Part shown: one piece after another, positions 47,978 to 57,701 of the stretch | Position numbering within the stretch: position 1 is the stretch's first letter | How the letters are laid out: each line of letters starts with the position of its first letter | NCBI GenBank assembly: GCA_902563835.1 | Contig: CACEZB010000005.1 | Coordinates: forward strand, 4,931-68,930 | Length of the DNA: 64,000 nt | Origin: an uncultured SAR86 cluster bacterium | GTDB lineage: Bacteria; Pseudomonadota; Gammaproteobacteria; Magnimaribacterales; D2472 | Reading direction: 5' to 3' | The notes under the pieces: model-generated | The model's database searches: none | The model's input: the letters and a program-made list of their open reading frames with translations, nothing else | Told to the model about the DNA's origin: nothing | Made by a program: the position numbers and the translations under genes

Positions 47978-49888
47978 CTAATTTAATCCTGGTATAGTGA
48001 TACCGTCTATGTCCTCTATATGGCCTATTATAACATTTATTATATTGTTTACTTGCATTTCTGTTATTGTAGTATCTGCTGATTGGAAAACAAATCTAAA
48101 ACCAATTTTAATTTCGGCATTTTTTTCATTGTAAAAATAGTCAAATATAAATACTTCTTTTAAGAGCTCGTGCTTGAATTCTAAAATGTACTCCTGGAGT
48201 TTATCTAATTCTGTAAAATCTGTTATTGAAAAAGATAAATCTCTAATTGAGATAGGTAGACTAGATATAGGAGTATATTTTATAAAACTTTCAGGGGGTT
48301 TAGATATCTCTTTATAGCTTAAAACATCAGATGAAAAATTCCCCATATCAATTTCGCAACAAATAATCTCATTTTTCACTTTTGTATTTAATAACTCTCT
48401 GTTTAAAAGGCTAAATTCAAGATTTTCACCTGGTAAGATTTCCTTAAAAATGGAGGTTAGGTACTTCTTACTAATTTTTTTTGAAAAATCTTTATAGTTG
48501 TGACCAGCTCTTCCACTTGCAATAATCGCAAGCTTTCTTGTCACATTTATTTTATTATCTTTAACGGTATAAATATCCGATATTTCAAATAATTTAATTG
48601 AATCTTTTTGTCTTCTTTCATTAAAAAGAAGATTTTCTAATAAGGATTCAATTAAATTGGATCTAAGATACTTTTTATTAGAATCTAGAGGGTTATCTAC
48701 CGAAATAGAATTACTTGAACCATCACCAACAAAAGGACTATTAATAACCTCATAAAAACCTTCATCTAACAACAAAAACCTTAGCTTATTTTCTAGGTCA
48801 TAAATATTGGATATTTTTCCTTTAGGAATAGTTATTTCATTTCTTGCAATATTGTCATAGCCTATGATTCTGGCAATCTCCTCAGCTAAGTCATTTTGTG
48901 TTTCGATATCACTTCTGTATGACGGAACTTCAATGTGTTCATCGTTGATATTAAAGCCTAATTTAGATAAATGATTTAAATATGTGTCTTGGCTAATATT
49001 TATACCGATAATTTGATTAATTTTATTGGAATCGATTGGAATTTTTGTAACTTTATTTTGTTTAAACTTATATGCGATTACAGATATATCTTTTATGTTT
49101 GTGTGTTCATCAACTATTTTAATAAATCTTCTAATTGTTCTATCTTGACATTCTGGATCGACAAATCTCTCAAACTTGTGAGATGCCTCGGATTGAATAT
49201 CATATTTTACAGATTTACCTATTATTGCTTCTGGTTTAAAAAAAGCACATTCAACAAGGACTGTCTTTGTATCTGAAGAGCAAGACGTTTCAATTCCCCC
49301 AACAACACCAGCTAGATTAATTACCTTATTATTTAATAGAAAGACTGAATTTTTGCTTGTTAGATTAATTTTTTTTCCAAGCAATGTTTTAAATTCTTGA
49401 TCAGTATCCAATTCTTGGAATACTAATTTACCATTAATCTTATCAGCATCATAACAATGAGTTGGTTGACCGTTTTCGTATGAAATATAATTAGAAATAT
49501 CAGTAAAAAAATTGTTTTTATTTAGATCTAGATCAATAAAATAATCATTTAAATAGTCTTTATATTGATCAGGGATGCTATCTATTTCTAATTTGAGAAA
49601 TGAAATTTGAGGGCAAATATCTTGTGATAGATTTTCAAAATCGATATCTAACATTTTCAATTCTTCATTATAAATTTCTTGGCTTGCTTTCACATCATAA
49701 AAAACTGATAAATCTCTTAAAAGACCATTTAATGAGAGGCAATCACCTCTATTCGGGGTGAATTCCATATTAAAGATATTTTTTTCAATCTCATGTTCAT
49801 GCCCAAGTTGAAACAAGCGATCAGAAATCTCGTCTATTGAAGGATTTCCAATAATATTTTTTACTAAATGCTTATATGCTATTTTCAT
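47978..49888 (-). CDS. pheT: phenylalanine--tRNA ligase beta subunit, short form (no B2 tRNA-binding OB domain)
   Basis: 636 aa, against about 795 aa in E. coli. The N-terminal B1-like 36 aa runs directly into FTPNRGDCLSLNGLLRDL. B3/4, B5 (IGINISQD) and the C-terminal FDX-ACB-like region are present. It overlaps pheS by 4 nt. Confidence 0.9.
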   Translation of the reverse strand: MKIAYKHLVKNIIGNPSIDEISDRLFQLGHEHEIEKNIFNMEFTPNRGDCLSLNGLLRDLSVFYDVKASQEIYNEELKMLDIDFENLSQDICPQISFLKLEIDSIPDQYKDYLNDYFIDLDLNKNNFFTDISNYISYENGQPTHCYDADKINGKLVFQELDTDQEFKTLLGKKINLTSKNSVFLLNNKVINLAGVVGGIETSCSSDTKTVLVECAFFKPEAIIGKSVKYDIQSEASHKFERFVDPECQDRTIRRFIKIVDEHTNIKDISVIAYKFKQNKVTKIPIDSNKINQIIGINISQDTYLNHLSKLGFNINDEHIEVPSYRSDIETQNDLAEEIARIIGYDNIARNEITIPKGKISNIYDLENKLRFLLLDEGFYEVINSPFVGDGSSNSISVDNPLDSNKKYLRSNLIESLLENLLFNERRQKDSIKLFEISDIYTVKDNKINVTRKLAIIASGRAGHNYKDFSKKISKKYLTSIFKEILPGENLEFSLLNRELLNTKVKNEIICCEIDMGNFSSDVLSYKEISKPPESFIKYTPISSLPISIRDLSFSITDFTELDKLQEYILEFKHELLKEVFIFDYFYNEKNAEIKIGFRFVFQSADTTITEMQVNNIINVIIGHIEDIDGITIPGLN

Positions 49889-50610
49889 TTAAATTGACAT
49901 AAAAAATCTAAGTTAGATTTATAAAACTCTCTTATATCTTTCACTCCATGTTTGAGCATGGCTATCCTTTCTATACCCAAACCAAATGCCAAACCAGAGT
50001 AAGAATCCGAATCAATATTACAATTCTCTAGGACTATAGGATTTACTACTCCACACCCAAGAATTTCTAGCCACTTTCCATCACTTGATAAAATATCAAC
50101 TTCTGCAGAGGGTTCAGTAAAAGGGAAATATGAAGGCCTAAATCTTAATTTAACCTCCTCACCAAATAGAGAATGAACAATTTTATAAATTAGGTCCTTA
50201 AGTTGAGCAAAACTAACATTTTCATCAACCAGTATTCCTTCTATTTGATGAAACATAGGTAAATGAGTTGCATCATCATCTTTTCTATAAACTTTACCGC
50301 CAGATATAAAAGCTAAAGGTGGACTTTTTTCCAGCATTCCTCTTATTTGTACTGGTGAAGTATGAGTTCTTAGCAAATTTGATTTATTCTCAACATAAAA
50401 AGTATCATGCATTTGTCTGGCGGGATGAGTCTTTTTAATATTTAACATATCAAAATTAAACTTTTCTGTTTCAATCTCAGGGCCATCTATTATTTCAAAG
50501 CCAAATGAAGCAAGAAGATTCATAATCGAATCTTTCATATGATTTATTGGATGAAATGCACCCCTATCCTTAATTATTTTAGGGGGTGAAATGTCTTTAT
50601 TGGATGACAT
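49885..50610 (-). CDS. pheS: phenylalanine--tRNA ligase alpha subunit, short form (no N-terminal coiled coil)
   Basis: 241 aa, against 327 aa in E. coli. It begins just before the HPINHMKD...GPEIE...FDMLNIKKTHPARQMHDTFY catalytic core. The class II motifs are present (FRPSYFPFTEPSAEVD, GLAFGLGIERIAM). Only 15 nt separate it from the rplT stop. Confidence 0.9.
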   Translation of the reverse strand: MSSNKDISPPKIIKDRGAFHPINHMKDSIMNLLASFGFEIIDGPEIETEKFNFDMLNIKKTHPARQMHDTFYVENKSNLLRTHTSPVQIRGMLEKSPPLAFISGGKVYRKDDDATHLPMFHQIEGILVDENVSFAQLKDLIYKIVHSLFGEEVKLRFRPSYFPFTEPSAEVDILSSDGKWLEILGCGVVNPIVLENCNIDSDSYSGLAFGLGIERIAMLKHGVKDIREFYKSNLDFLCQFK

Positions 50611-50625
50611 TCTCTGTATACATAT

Positions 50626-50973
50626 CTAGCTAATCGCTGTTTTTACAATTTTCTCAAATGCAGCAGTGTCTGAGACAGCAATATCAGATAATACTTTTCT
50701 ATCTAAATTGATATTTTTTTTAGACATTGCATTAATTAATACAGAATATGAAGTACCAAGTTCTCGGGCTCCAGCGTTAATTCTTGCTATCCATAATGAC
50801 CTAAATGCTCTTTTTTTGTTTTTTCTATCCCTAAAGGCGTATTGCAATGCTTTAATGTTAGATTGCTTAGCAGTTTTAAATAATCTACTTCTTGCGCCAT
50901 AATGACCCTTTGTAGTGCTTAAAATTTTCTTGTGCTTTGCTTTAGCTGATAATGATTTTGTTACTCGTGGCAT
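50626..50973 (-). CDS. rplT: 50S ribosomal protein L20
   Basis: 115 aa. It starts MPRVTKSLSAKAKHKKIL and contains YAFRDRKNKKRAFRSLWIARINA. Confidence 0.95.
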   Translation of the reverse strand: MPRVTKSLSAKAKHKKILSTTKGHYGARSRLFKTAKQSNIKALQYAFRDRKNKKRAFRSLWIARINAGARELGTSYSVLINAMSKKNINLDRKVLSDIAVSDTAAFEKIVKTAIS

Positions 50974-50978
50974 AGTAT

Positions 50979-51173
50979 TTACCTATTAATTAATCTTGAA
51001 GCCATTTTTAGCACGGTTCCAGATAATTTATTTAGGCCTCTGTTGTGTCTTTTTCTTTTTGTAGACTGTTTAGTGAGGATATGATTTCTATTAGCACTTC
51101 TACTTTTTATAGATGAACCAGTTTTTTTAAACCTCTTTGCAGCTCCTGAATGTGTTTTTAATTTATATCCCAT
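50979..51173 (-). CDS. rpmI: 50S ribosomal protein L35
   Basis: 64 aa. It contains [18 protein letters not shown] and is highly basic. Confidence 0.95.
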   Translation of the reverse strand: MGYKLKTHSGAAKRFKKTGSSIKSRSANRNHILTKQSTKRKRHNRGLNKLSGTVLKMASRLINR

Positions 51174-51184
51174 AATTAAACTTC

Positions 51185-51724
51185 TTATTTATTTCTTTTC
51201 AGAGGAGAGAGTACCATCAACAGTTGCCTGCCTTCTAAAGAAGGCTCTTGGTCAACTTGAGCTATTTCTTTTAACTCGTCTCTTAATCTATCTAACAGTT
51301 CTAATCCCATATCACTATTAAGAATTTCTCTACCTCTAAATCGGACGCTAATTTTAGTCTTATCTCCACCAAGAATAAAGCTTTTTATCTTTTTTAATTT
51401 TATATTGTAATCCCCAACGTCTGTTGAAGGCCTAAATTTTATCTCTTTTGTAGTAGTTCTTTTTGATCCAGCTTTTGATGAAGAATTATTCTTTTTTTTC
51501 ATAAAAATATGTTTGCCAAAATCCATAATTTTACAAACTACTGGTTCAGTGCCTGATGGGGATACTTGAACTAAGTCTAGATTCAATTCTGACGAGCTTT
51601 TTAAAGCTTCTTCTTTTGTTTTATGACCAAGTTTATTTCCATTTTCATCAATAAGCATAACCATCTTAGCTTTGATGTCATTATTAATAGGGACAGATTT
51701 CCTTTTATTGTTTGAGATGGCTAT
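51185..51724 (-). CDS. infC: translation initiation factor IF-3 (non-AUG start; exact start uncertain)
   Basis: The ORF-track Met at 51664 truncates the conserved N-terminus. The in-frame upstream extension reads [31 protein letters not shown] back to the stop at 51731-51733. The only candidate starts are AUA (51728-30, 51722-24), AUC (51716-18) and AUU (51686-88). AUA at 51722-24 has the best spacing to an AGGG. Confidence 0.85.
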   Translation of the reverse strand: MAISNNKRKSVPINNDIKAKMVMLIDENGNKLGHKTKEEALKSSSELNLDLVQVSPSGTEPVVCKIMDFGKHIFMKKKNNSSSKAGSKRTTTKEIKFRPSTDVGDYNIKLKKIKSFILGGDKTKISVRFRGREILNSDMGLELLDRLRDELKEIAQVDQEPSLEGRQLLMVLSPLKRNK

Positions 51725-51846
51725 TGCTATTTACCCTGGAAAAAATTTGATTTAATGAAATTATTCAAGATGAAAATTGAATTATTTATAATTTGAAGTC
51801 ATATTCTGCAGATTCTATACTAAATTTCAAAAATTTTAAACAATAA

Positions 51847-52452
51847 TTATGGTTGTAAAAATCCACTCTTCCACTCTTGATTCTTAAGCTCATAAAATTT
51901 TCTTTTATTTACTCTTGAGTTGTGACCTTCCCAAAACTCAAAATAATATGGAGAGAAAGAGAAGCCACCCCAATACTCAGGTCTTGTTACATTCTCAAAT
52001 TTTAAAGAAAGGTCTTTTTCATAATTTTTTAAAAAATCATCATAAGAGGACATTGGCTCTGATTGTCTAGACAAAATTGCAAGTAAATTTTTAGTCATAT
52101 CTCTTGACTGGAAATGTTCGTTAGAAAATTCTGAGTTTGTTTTTTGAATCTTCGCTTTCATGCGAATCTGAACATTTATAGAATTCCAATAAATCACTGC
52201 TGAGATTTGATCATGTGATTTAAACTGTTTTGATTTTGGTGAATTATAGTTTGAAAAAAATATCCACTCGTCATTGATAACATATTTTAAATTAACGAAT
52301 CTTGAATCCACAATACTATTTTTTTTATCGTATGAACTTATAGAAATTGCTTCAATAATCTTTTGTTCTTTTTTTTTAGCTTCCTCATAATATTTCCTAA
52401 ACATATTATAGGGTTCAGCGATATTCATTTTATCGATATTAATCATAGCCAA
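51847..52452 (-). CDS. pdxH: pyridoxamine 5'-phosphate oxidase
   Basis: 201 aa. It has the C-terminal WGGFSFSPYYFEFWEGHNSRVNKR and ends LQP, typical of PdxH. Confidence 0.85.
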   Translation of the reverse strand: MAMINIDKMNIAEPYNMFRKYYEEAKKKEQKIIEAISISSYDKKNSIVDSRFVNLKYVINDEWIFFSNYNSPKSKQFKSHDQISAVIYWNSINVQIRMKAKIQKTNSEFSNEHFQSRDMTKNLLAILSRQSEPMSSYDDFLKNYEKDLSLKFENVTRPEYWGGFSFSPYYFEFWEGHNSRVNKRKFYELKNQEWKSGFLQP

Positions 52453-53632
52453 ATAAATCTCTTGTAAAAACTTTGTCTATAACATCAGATAAATCATCGG
52501 TTATTCTATTCGTTAATATCAAATCACAAGAATTCTTAAAAACATGCAAGTCTTTTTCGATATGTATTCCATTAAACGATTTATCTAATATTTGATCTTC
52601 ATAAATAATCATTGGAATATTATATTTTTTAATTCTTTCTATAATACTTAGTATGGAGGATGACCTAAAATTATCTGAACCTGCTTTCATTGCAAGCTGA
52701 TAGATACCAATCTTTTTTGGTTTATATTTGAGAATCTCTTGGACTATAAAATCTTTTCTTGTTGAGTTGGAGTCAACAATAGCTTGAATAATATTCTGGG
52801 GTATATTTTTATAATTTGCTAAAAGTTGTCTAGTATCTTTTGGAAGACAATATCCGCCATAGCCAAAAGAGGGATTATTATAAAAATTTCCTATTCTAGG
52901 ATCTTCAGATATTCCAGAAATTAAATTAAAAGTTTCTAACTTATTTTCCATGGCAAAGCTATCTAATTCATTGAAAAATGCTACTCTCATGGCTAAATAT
53001 GTGTTGGAAAATAACTTTACTGCCTCAGCCTCTCTTGAACTCATATAAATAATCTTTGTAGATTTTTTTAAAGACAGTTTTTTGAGCATCTCAGCAAAGC
53101 TTACAGCGGCTGGTGAATTATCTCCCATTATAATTCTTGACGGATACAAGTTATCATAGAGCGCATTTCCTTCTCTTAAAAATTCTGGTGAAAATATAAT
53201 TCTGTCAGTTTTAAATTTTTCTTTTAAGTAATCTGTATAGCCTATAGGTATTGTTGATTTAATAATGATAGATCCATTTTTTGAGAATTTTAGTATTTTC
53301 TCAATAGTTGATTTTACTGATTCGGTGTCAAACTTATTAGTTTTTTCATCATAATTTGTTGGAGTAGCTATTATAAAATAATCAGCATCGGTTAATGCCT
53401 CTTTTGGATCTAATGTTGCAGAAATATTTAATTTATCTTTTGAAATATATTTCTCAATTAATGCATCCCTTACAGTAGATAAGCCTTCATTTATTTTTTT
53501 TACTTTTTCTTTATCAATCTCCAAGATCTTCACGTGATTACTACCTTTACCTAAAAGGACACTTAATGACATACCTACATATCCTGAACCAACAATTGTG
53601 ATTAATTGTTTTTTACTCACCAGCTCTTCCAT
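52439..53632 (-). CDS. ugd: UDP-glucose 6-dehydrogenase (nucleotide-sugar dehydrogenase family)
   Basis: 397 aa. Motifs: VGSGYVG, GGYCLPKD (catalytic Cys), and EFLREG. Confidence 0.85.
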   Translation of the reverse strand: MEELVSKKQLITIVGSGYVGMSLSVLLGKGSNHVKILEIDKEKVKKINEGLSTVRDALIEKYISKDKLNISATLDPKEALTDADYFIIATPTNYDEKTNKFDTESVKSTIEKILKFSKNGSIIIKSTIPIGYTDYLKEKFKTDRIIFSPEFLREGNALYDNLYPSRIIMGDNSPAAVSFAEMLKKLSLKKSTKIIYMSSREAEAVKLFSNTYLAMRVAFFNELDSFAMENKLETFNLISGISEDPRIGNFYNNPSFGYGGYCLPKDTRQLLANYKNIPQNIIQAIVDSNSTRKDFIVQEILKYKPKKIGIYQLAMKAGSDNFRSSSILSIIERIKKYNIPMIIYEDQILDKSFNGIHIEKDLHVFKNSCDLILTNRITDDLSDVIDKVFTRDLFGYD

Positions 53633-54431
53633 AAATGTCTGAAATCCTCTCTATATCAGATTCTTTAAGAATCTCTCCAAGCTGAATTTCAATAATTACC
53701 ATATTTTTAGATGATGTATTCTTGACACAATGCACTGATTTTTTTGGTATTTTTATATATTCACCTGCATTTAGAGCATAAATTTTTCCATCAATTACAA
53801 CCTCGCCATTTCCCTTAACAACAATCCAATGCTCTTCTCTGTGCTGATGTTTTTGCGTACTTAATTGACTCTTTGGATTTATTGATAGTATTTTTACTTT
53901 ATAAGATTTGTTATCAATAACTAAATTATGGAATCCCCATGGGCTTGAGATATCATTAAAATCATTTATGCCCTTTTCAGAATTAAGTATTTTGGTAAAA
54001 TTGTTATAAAAATTGCTAGTCAAACTTGAACTACTTTCAATTTTTAAATCTCCGCCCACGCTAAACTTAAAATCAACGTTGTTATTATTTTTGAAAAGTT
54101 CTAATTCTGGAATATTCTTTTTATTTCTATCTCCACCATTTGCAAAAATTACTTTTTGAGATTTTTTCAAACAAATATTGATTGCATCATAAGCAGAGTC
54201 ATCTGAATCGTCGAAAGAAATAACTTCATCAACATATGAAATTGATTTTAAGACTTCCAATCTCTGTTTCCATGGCATGAAAACATAATTCTTTTTTCGT
54301 AATAACCAATCATCTGAATTTAATCCAATCACTAGATAAGAAGATATTTCTTTTGCTGATTTTATATACTCGACATGCCCTTGATGAATTGGATCAAAAC
54401 CGCCTGTAATAAGACATAAATCATCTCTCAT
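53613..54431 (-). CDS. fusion protein: HxGH nucleotidyltransferase domain + type II phosphomannose-isomerase-like cupin domain
   Basis: 272 aa. The N-terminal half has GGFDPIHQGHVEYI and FANGGDR. The C-terminal half has WGFHNLV...KVKILSINPKSQLSTQKHQHREEHWIVVKGNGEV...IPKKSVHCVKN, as in the ManC C-terminal cupin. Confidence 0.7.
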   Translation of the reverse strand: MRDDLCLITGGFDPIHQGHVEYIKSAKEISSYLVIGLNSDDWLLRKKNYVFMPWKQRLEVLKSISYVDEVISFDDSDDSAYDAINICLKKSQKVIFANGGDRNKKNIPELELFKNNNNVDFKFSVGGDLKIESSSSLTSNFYNNFTKILNSEKGINDFNDISSPWGFHNLVIDNKSYKVKILSINPKSQLSTQKHQHREEHWIVVKGNGEVVIDGKIYALNAGEYIKIPKKSVHCVKNTSSKNMVIIEIQLGEILKESDIERISDIYGRAGE

Positions 54432-55422
54432 AATATTCTATGTACCAATTTACAAACTTTTTAATACCCTCCTCTATTGAGGTAGATGGAATAAATCCTA
54501 ACGATTCTCCAGCTTTGTCTATATTTGCAAAAGTTTTTTGTACATCGCCAGGCTGCATAGGTAAGTATTCTTTTATAGCTTTTTTACCTGTTGATGCCTC
54601 AATGGCATTTATAAAACTTTCAAGGGTAACAGGTTTATTATTCCCCAAATTAAAAATTCTATATGGTGCAGATGATGAGCTAGACTTTAATTTGAGAATA
54701 TCACCTTTATTAGATTTAGAAGGATTTAAAATAGCTCCCTTTATTCCACTCACAATATCATCAATATATGTAAAATCTCTTATCATTTTTCCATCATTAA
54801 AAACTTGAATTGGTTCCCCGTCGAGAATAGCTTTTGTAAATAAAAAAAGTGCCATATCCGGTCTGCCCCACGGTCCATAAACTGTAAAAAATCTTAAGCC
54901 CGTTGTTGGTAGACCAAATAAATGAGAATAAGTATGCGCCATTAACTCATTTGATCTTTTTGTTGCTGCATATAATGATATTGGATGATCTACTGAGTGA
55001 TCTTCATCAAAAGGTACATCAAAATTCATTCCATATACGGAACTACTTGAAGCATAAACTAAATTAGCAATTTCATTATGTCTGCATGCTTCAAGTATAT
55101 TTGTAAATCCTATTATATTTGATTCAATATACTTTTCAGGATTCGTAAGCGAATACCTGACACCTGCTTGTGCAGCAAGATTAACCACAACATCAAAATT
55201 ATTTTTTTTGAATAAAGAAGTTAAACTTTTTTGATCAACAAGATCTATTTCAAATAAAGAGAATTTCTTGCTTTGAATGTTATCAATTCTTGCTCTTTTT
55301 AAATTTACATCATAGTAACTATTGAAGTTATCTATACCAATTATCTCATGATCATCTTTTAATAATGATTCAACTAAATGATAGCCAATGAAGCCAGCTG
55401 CTCCTGTTACTAATATTTTCAT
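54421..55422 (-). CDS. NAD-dependent epimerase (UDP-glucuronate 4-epimerase-like)
   Basis: 333 aa. Motifs: VTGAAGFIGYH, YAATK (YxxxK), and FTVYGPWGRPDMA, which is typical of the Cap1J/WbnF/UDP-GlcA epimerase group. Confidence 0.8.
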   Translation of the reverse strand: MKILVTGAAGFIGYHLVESLLKDDHEIIGIDNFNSYYDVNLKRARIDNIQSKKFSLFEIDLVDQKSLTSLFKKNNFDVVVNLAAQAGVRYSLTNPEKYIESNIIGFTNILEACRHNEIANLVYASSSSVYGMNFDVPFDEDHSVDHPISLYAATKRSNELMAHTYSHLFGLPTTGLRFFTVYGPWGRPDMALFLFTKAILDGEPIQVFNDGKMIRDFTYIDDIVSGIKGAILNPSKSNKGDILKLKSSSSSAPYRIFNLGNNKPVTLESFINAIEASTGKKAIKEYLPMQPGDVQKTFANIDKAGESLGFIPSTSIEEGIKKFVNWYIEYYER

Positions 55423-55482
55423 TTTTTTAAAACAAATGCCTTATAAATTCCAATTAATTATAGCACTAGACAATTACTTTAA

Positions 55483-56616
55483 TTATTTTTTTAAAATCGA
55501 ATCTAAAGCATCTAATGCAGAATCAATGACAATTTTTTCGTCAAAATTATTTTTTACAATATTTCTTGCATTAATGCTCATTTTTTCGTAATCATTTCTT
55601 GATAAATTTAATGCTTTTATCATTGCTTGCTCAAGATCTCTTGCATCTTTGGCTCGACATAGAAATCCATTAACATTATCTTGAATAATGTTTCTGCAAC
55701 CAGGAACATTTGTTGCAACTGATGGTAGGCCCATTGAACCTGCTTCTAGCAAAGTTTTTGGCATGCCTTCCCTATATGAAGGTAAAACAACACAATCAAC
55801 CTGTTTGTATATATTTTCAATATATTTCTCTGGGTCTAGCCATCTTATCCCAGGGATATCTTTCCAATCCTCTATTTGAGTTTTAGATATTGATGAAATA
55901 TTTTCTGTATTTAAAATTCCGCAAATCCAAAGTTCGCAATTAATTTTTTTTATTTTTAGATTGTTATATGCTTCTATTAATTCAAATAATCCTTTGTCAG
56001 CTAAAATCCTTCCGACATATAAAAAAGTAAATTGGTCATTTTTAGAATGATTGACAGAATCTGAATTAAATCTTTTTAAGTCAACGCCAGAACCTGGCAA
56101 TAAAAATAACTTATCTTTATTAACTAACTTTTTATGAATCAATAAATCAAAATCTTCTGGATTTTGACAATATACTCTATGTGCAAAAGGTTGACTGCAT
56201 TTATACAACAACCTAACAATTTTAGAAATTAATCCCTCTCTTATGAATGCTGTACCTAATCCAGAAACATTATTTATTGAAGGAGTATTTGATATTAATG
56301 CAGCCCATGTTCCAAAAATATTATTTTTAATTGTGAAATGAAAAGCTGCCTTCGGTCTATATTTAACATATAAATAAAATAGTCTAAATACAATTAAAAT
56401 ATCTTGAAATGGATTTGTGCCTTTATTATTCATCTTAAGATGAATGCATTTACAACCTAAATTTTCTAAATCAACGGTAAATTCATCCTCTGGAGATATA
56501 CATATAACTTCATAATTCAAATTTAAAAAAGTTTTAATAGTAGATTGTCTGAAGTTATATAAGTACCAAGAAGTATTTGCTGAAAGAGAAATGGTTATTT
56601 TTTCTTTATTTACCAT
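55483..56616 (-). CDS. glycosyltransferase family 4
   Basis: I prefer the start at Met37 of the ORF-track protein (MVNKEKITISL, ATG 56614-56616). The longer form would overlap the upstream gene by 115 nt. The GT-B C-terminal motif is EGMPKTLLEAGSMGLPSVATNVPG. Confidence 0.8.
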   Translation of the reverse strand: MVNKEKITISLSANTSWYLYNFRQSTIKTFLNLNYEVICISPEDEFTVDLENLGCKCIHLKMNNKGTNPFQDILIVFRLFYLYVKYRPKAAFHFTIKNNIFGTWAALISNTPSINNVSGLGTAFIREGLISKIVRLLYKCSQPFAHRVYCQNPEDFDLLIHKKLVNKDKLFLLPGSGVDLKRFNSDSVNHSKNDQFTFLYVGRILADKGLFELIEAYNNLKIKKINCELWICGILNTENISSISKTQIEDWKDIPGIRWLDPEKYIENIYKQVDCVVLPSYREGMPKTLLEAGSMGLPSVATNVPGCRNIIQDNVNGFLCRAKDARDLEQAMIKALNLSRNDYEKMSINARNIVKNNFDEKIVIDSALDALDSILKK

Positions 56617-57698
56617 AAAAAAATCAGATTTTGATATGGCAACCAAAAGTGTGAATGAGTAGCAAAGTTTAACCATACAAATAGAACTAGACTGTAGTAA
56701 AACAAAATAGCCAATATGATCCATCTATGAATGGCATCCTTTTGACCAAATATATCTGGTAAATAAGAAAATATAACAAGCTGTAAAGGAATCATGTATA
56801 AAGCAATTCTATCTAATGCCGATGATGCAGGTATTACAAAATATAAAGCCATCAAACCTATAGAAATTATTGAAAACCACCTCCACAAAGGTTTCTCAAT
56901 TGTTGATAAATTAAATCTTTTATAAAAAAATAAATAAATGCAAGCAGGCACTAGATTCATGGCAAGTCTTATAAAAGCTCCCTCTGATTGGCTAGCTATA
57001 TCTTCAAGATTTGTATAGTTTGAATATAATATTGCTAAAGTATCAGCTACAAAAACTAAAAAAAAAGTAATGGCAACAATGCCAAGCCAAATTATGCTCC
57101 AAAATTTATTTTTTGTTGAAGAAAGAACATATATTGGGAGAAGCAAAATAGCAGATTTATGGATTGTGGTTGCTATAAATATTAAAAAAATAAAACTTAG
57201 TTTATTGTTTCTTCCAAGATTAACTAAACCTATCATTGCAATGCCAAGCGCCACAGCTTGTCTAGAGTAGCCCATTGATACAACGATTATTAAATATGGA
57301 ATAGCTACTGTTAATGCCATAAAGGGTCTTGGTAGATTTCTACAAAACATAGTTAATCCAATTGAAAAAATAAAAGCACAAATTACATTTACACCATAAA
57401 TTCCAAAACCTAACTTATATGAAAAATAATTTAAGATTTGATAGCCGGGATCGCCACTAAGAGATATATCTTTCAATCCATCTATAAGAGATACCTCTTC
57501 AAAAATTCTAATGTAATTATCCCAATCTCCGCCTACCTCATGACGTAATCCTATTAAAAGTGTTAGAGCAAAAATAAATAACCACCAAAGCCCATTAATA
57601 TTTATTGATTGTTGATTGTTGATTGGGCTAGCTAATCTTTTTTGTCCAACTAAGGCAAAAAAAGCTGCAAATAAGAAATAGAACCAATACACAACCAT
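56610..57698 (-). CDS. EpsG-like / O-antigen polymerase-like polytopic membrane protein
   Basis: 362 aa with about 10 hydrophobic segments. The early GLRHEVGGDWDNY motif resembles the EpsG family. It sits within a glycan gene cluster. Confidence 0.6.
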   Translation of the reverse strand: MVVYWFYFLFAAFFALVGQKRLASPINNQQSININGLWWLFIFALTLLIGLRHEVGGDWDNYIRIFEEVSLIDGLKDISLSGDPGYQILNYFSYKLGFGIYGVNVICAFIFSIGLTMFCRNLPRPFMALTVAIPYLIIVVSMGYSRQAVALGIAMIGLVNLGRNNKLSFIFLIFIATTIHKSAILLLPIYVLSSTKNKFWSIIWLGIVAITFFLVFVADTLAILYSNYTNLEDIASQSEGAFIRLAMNLVPACIYLFFYKRFNLSTIEKPLWRWFSIISIGLMALYFVIPASSALDRIALYMIPLQLVIFSYLPDIFGQKDAIHRWIILAILFYYSLVLFVWLNFATHSHFWLPYQNLIFLW

Positions 57699-57701
57699 TT
57701 T

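Noticed and set aside
56617-56724. A 36-aa N-terminal extension of the GT4 at 55483-56724.
   Set aside because: It would overlap the EpsG-like gene by 115 nt, and its translation is hydrophobic noise. The internal Met (56616) gives a normal GT4 N-terminus with only a 7-nt overlap.
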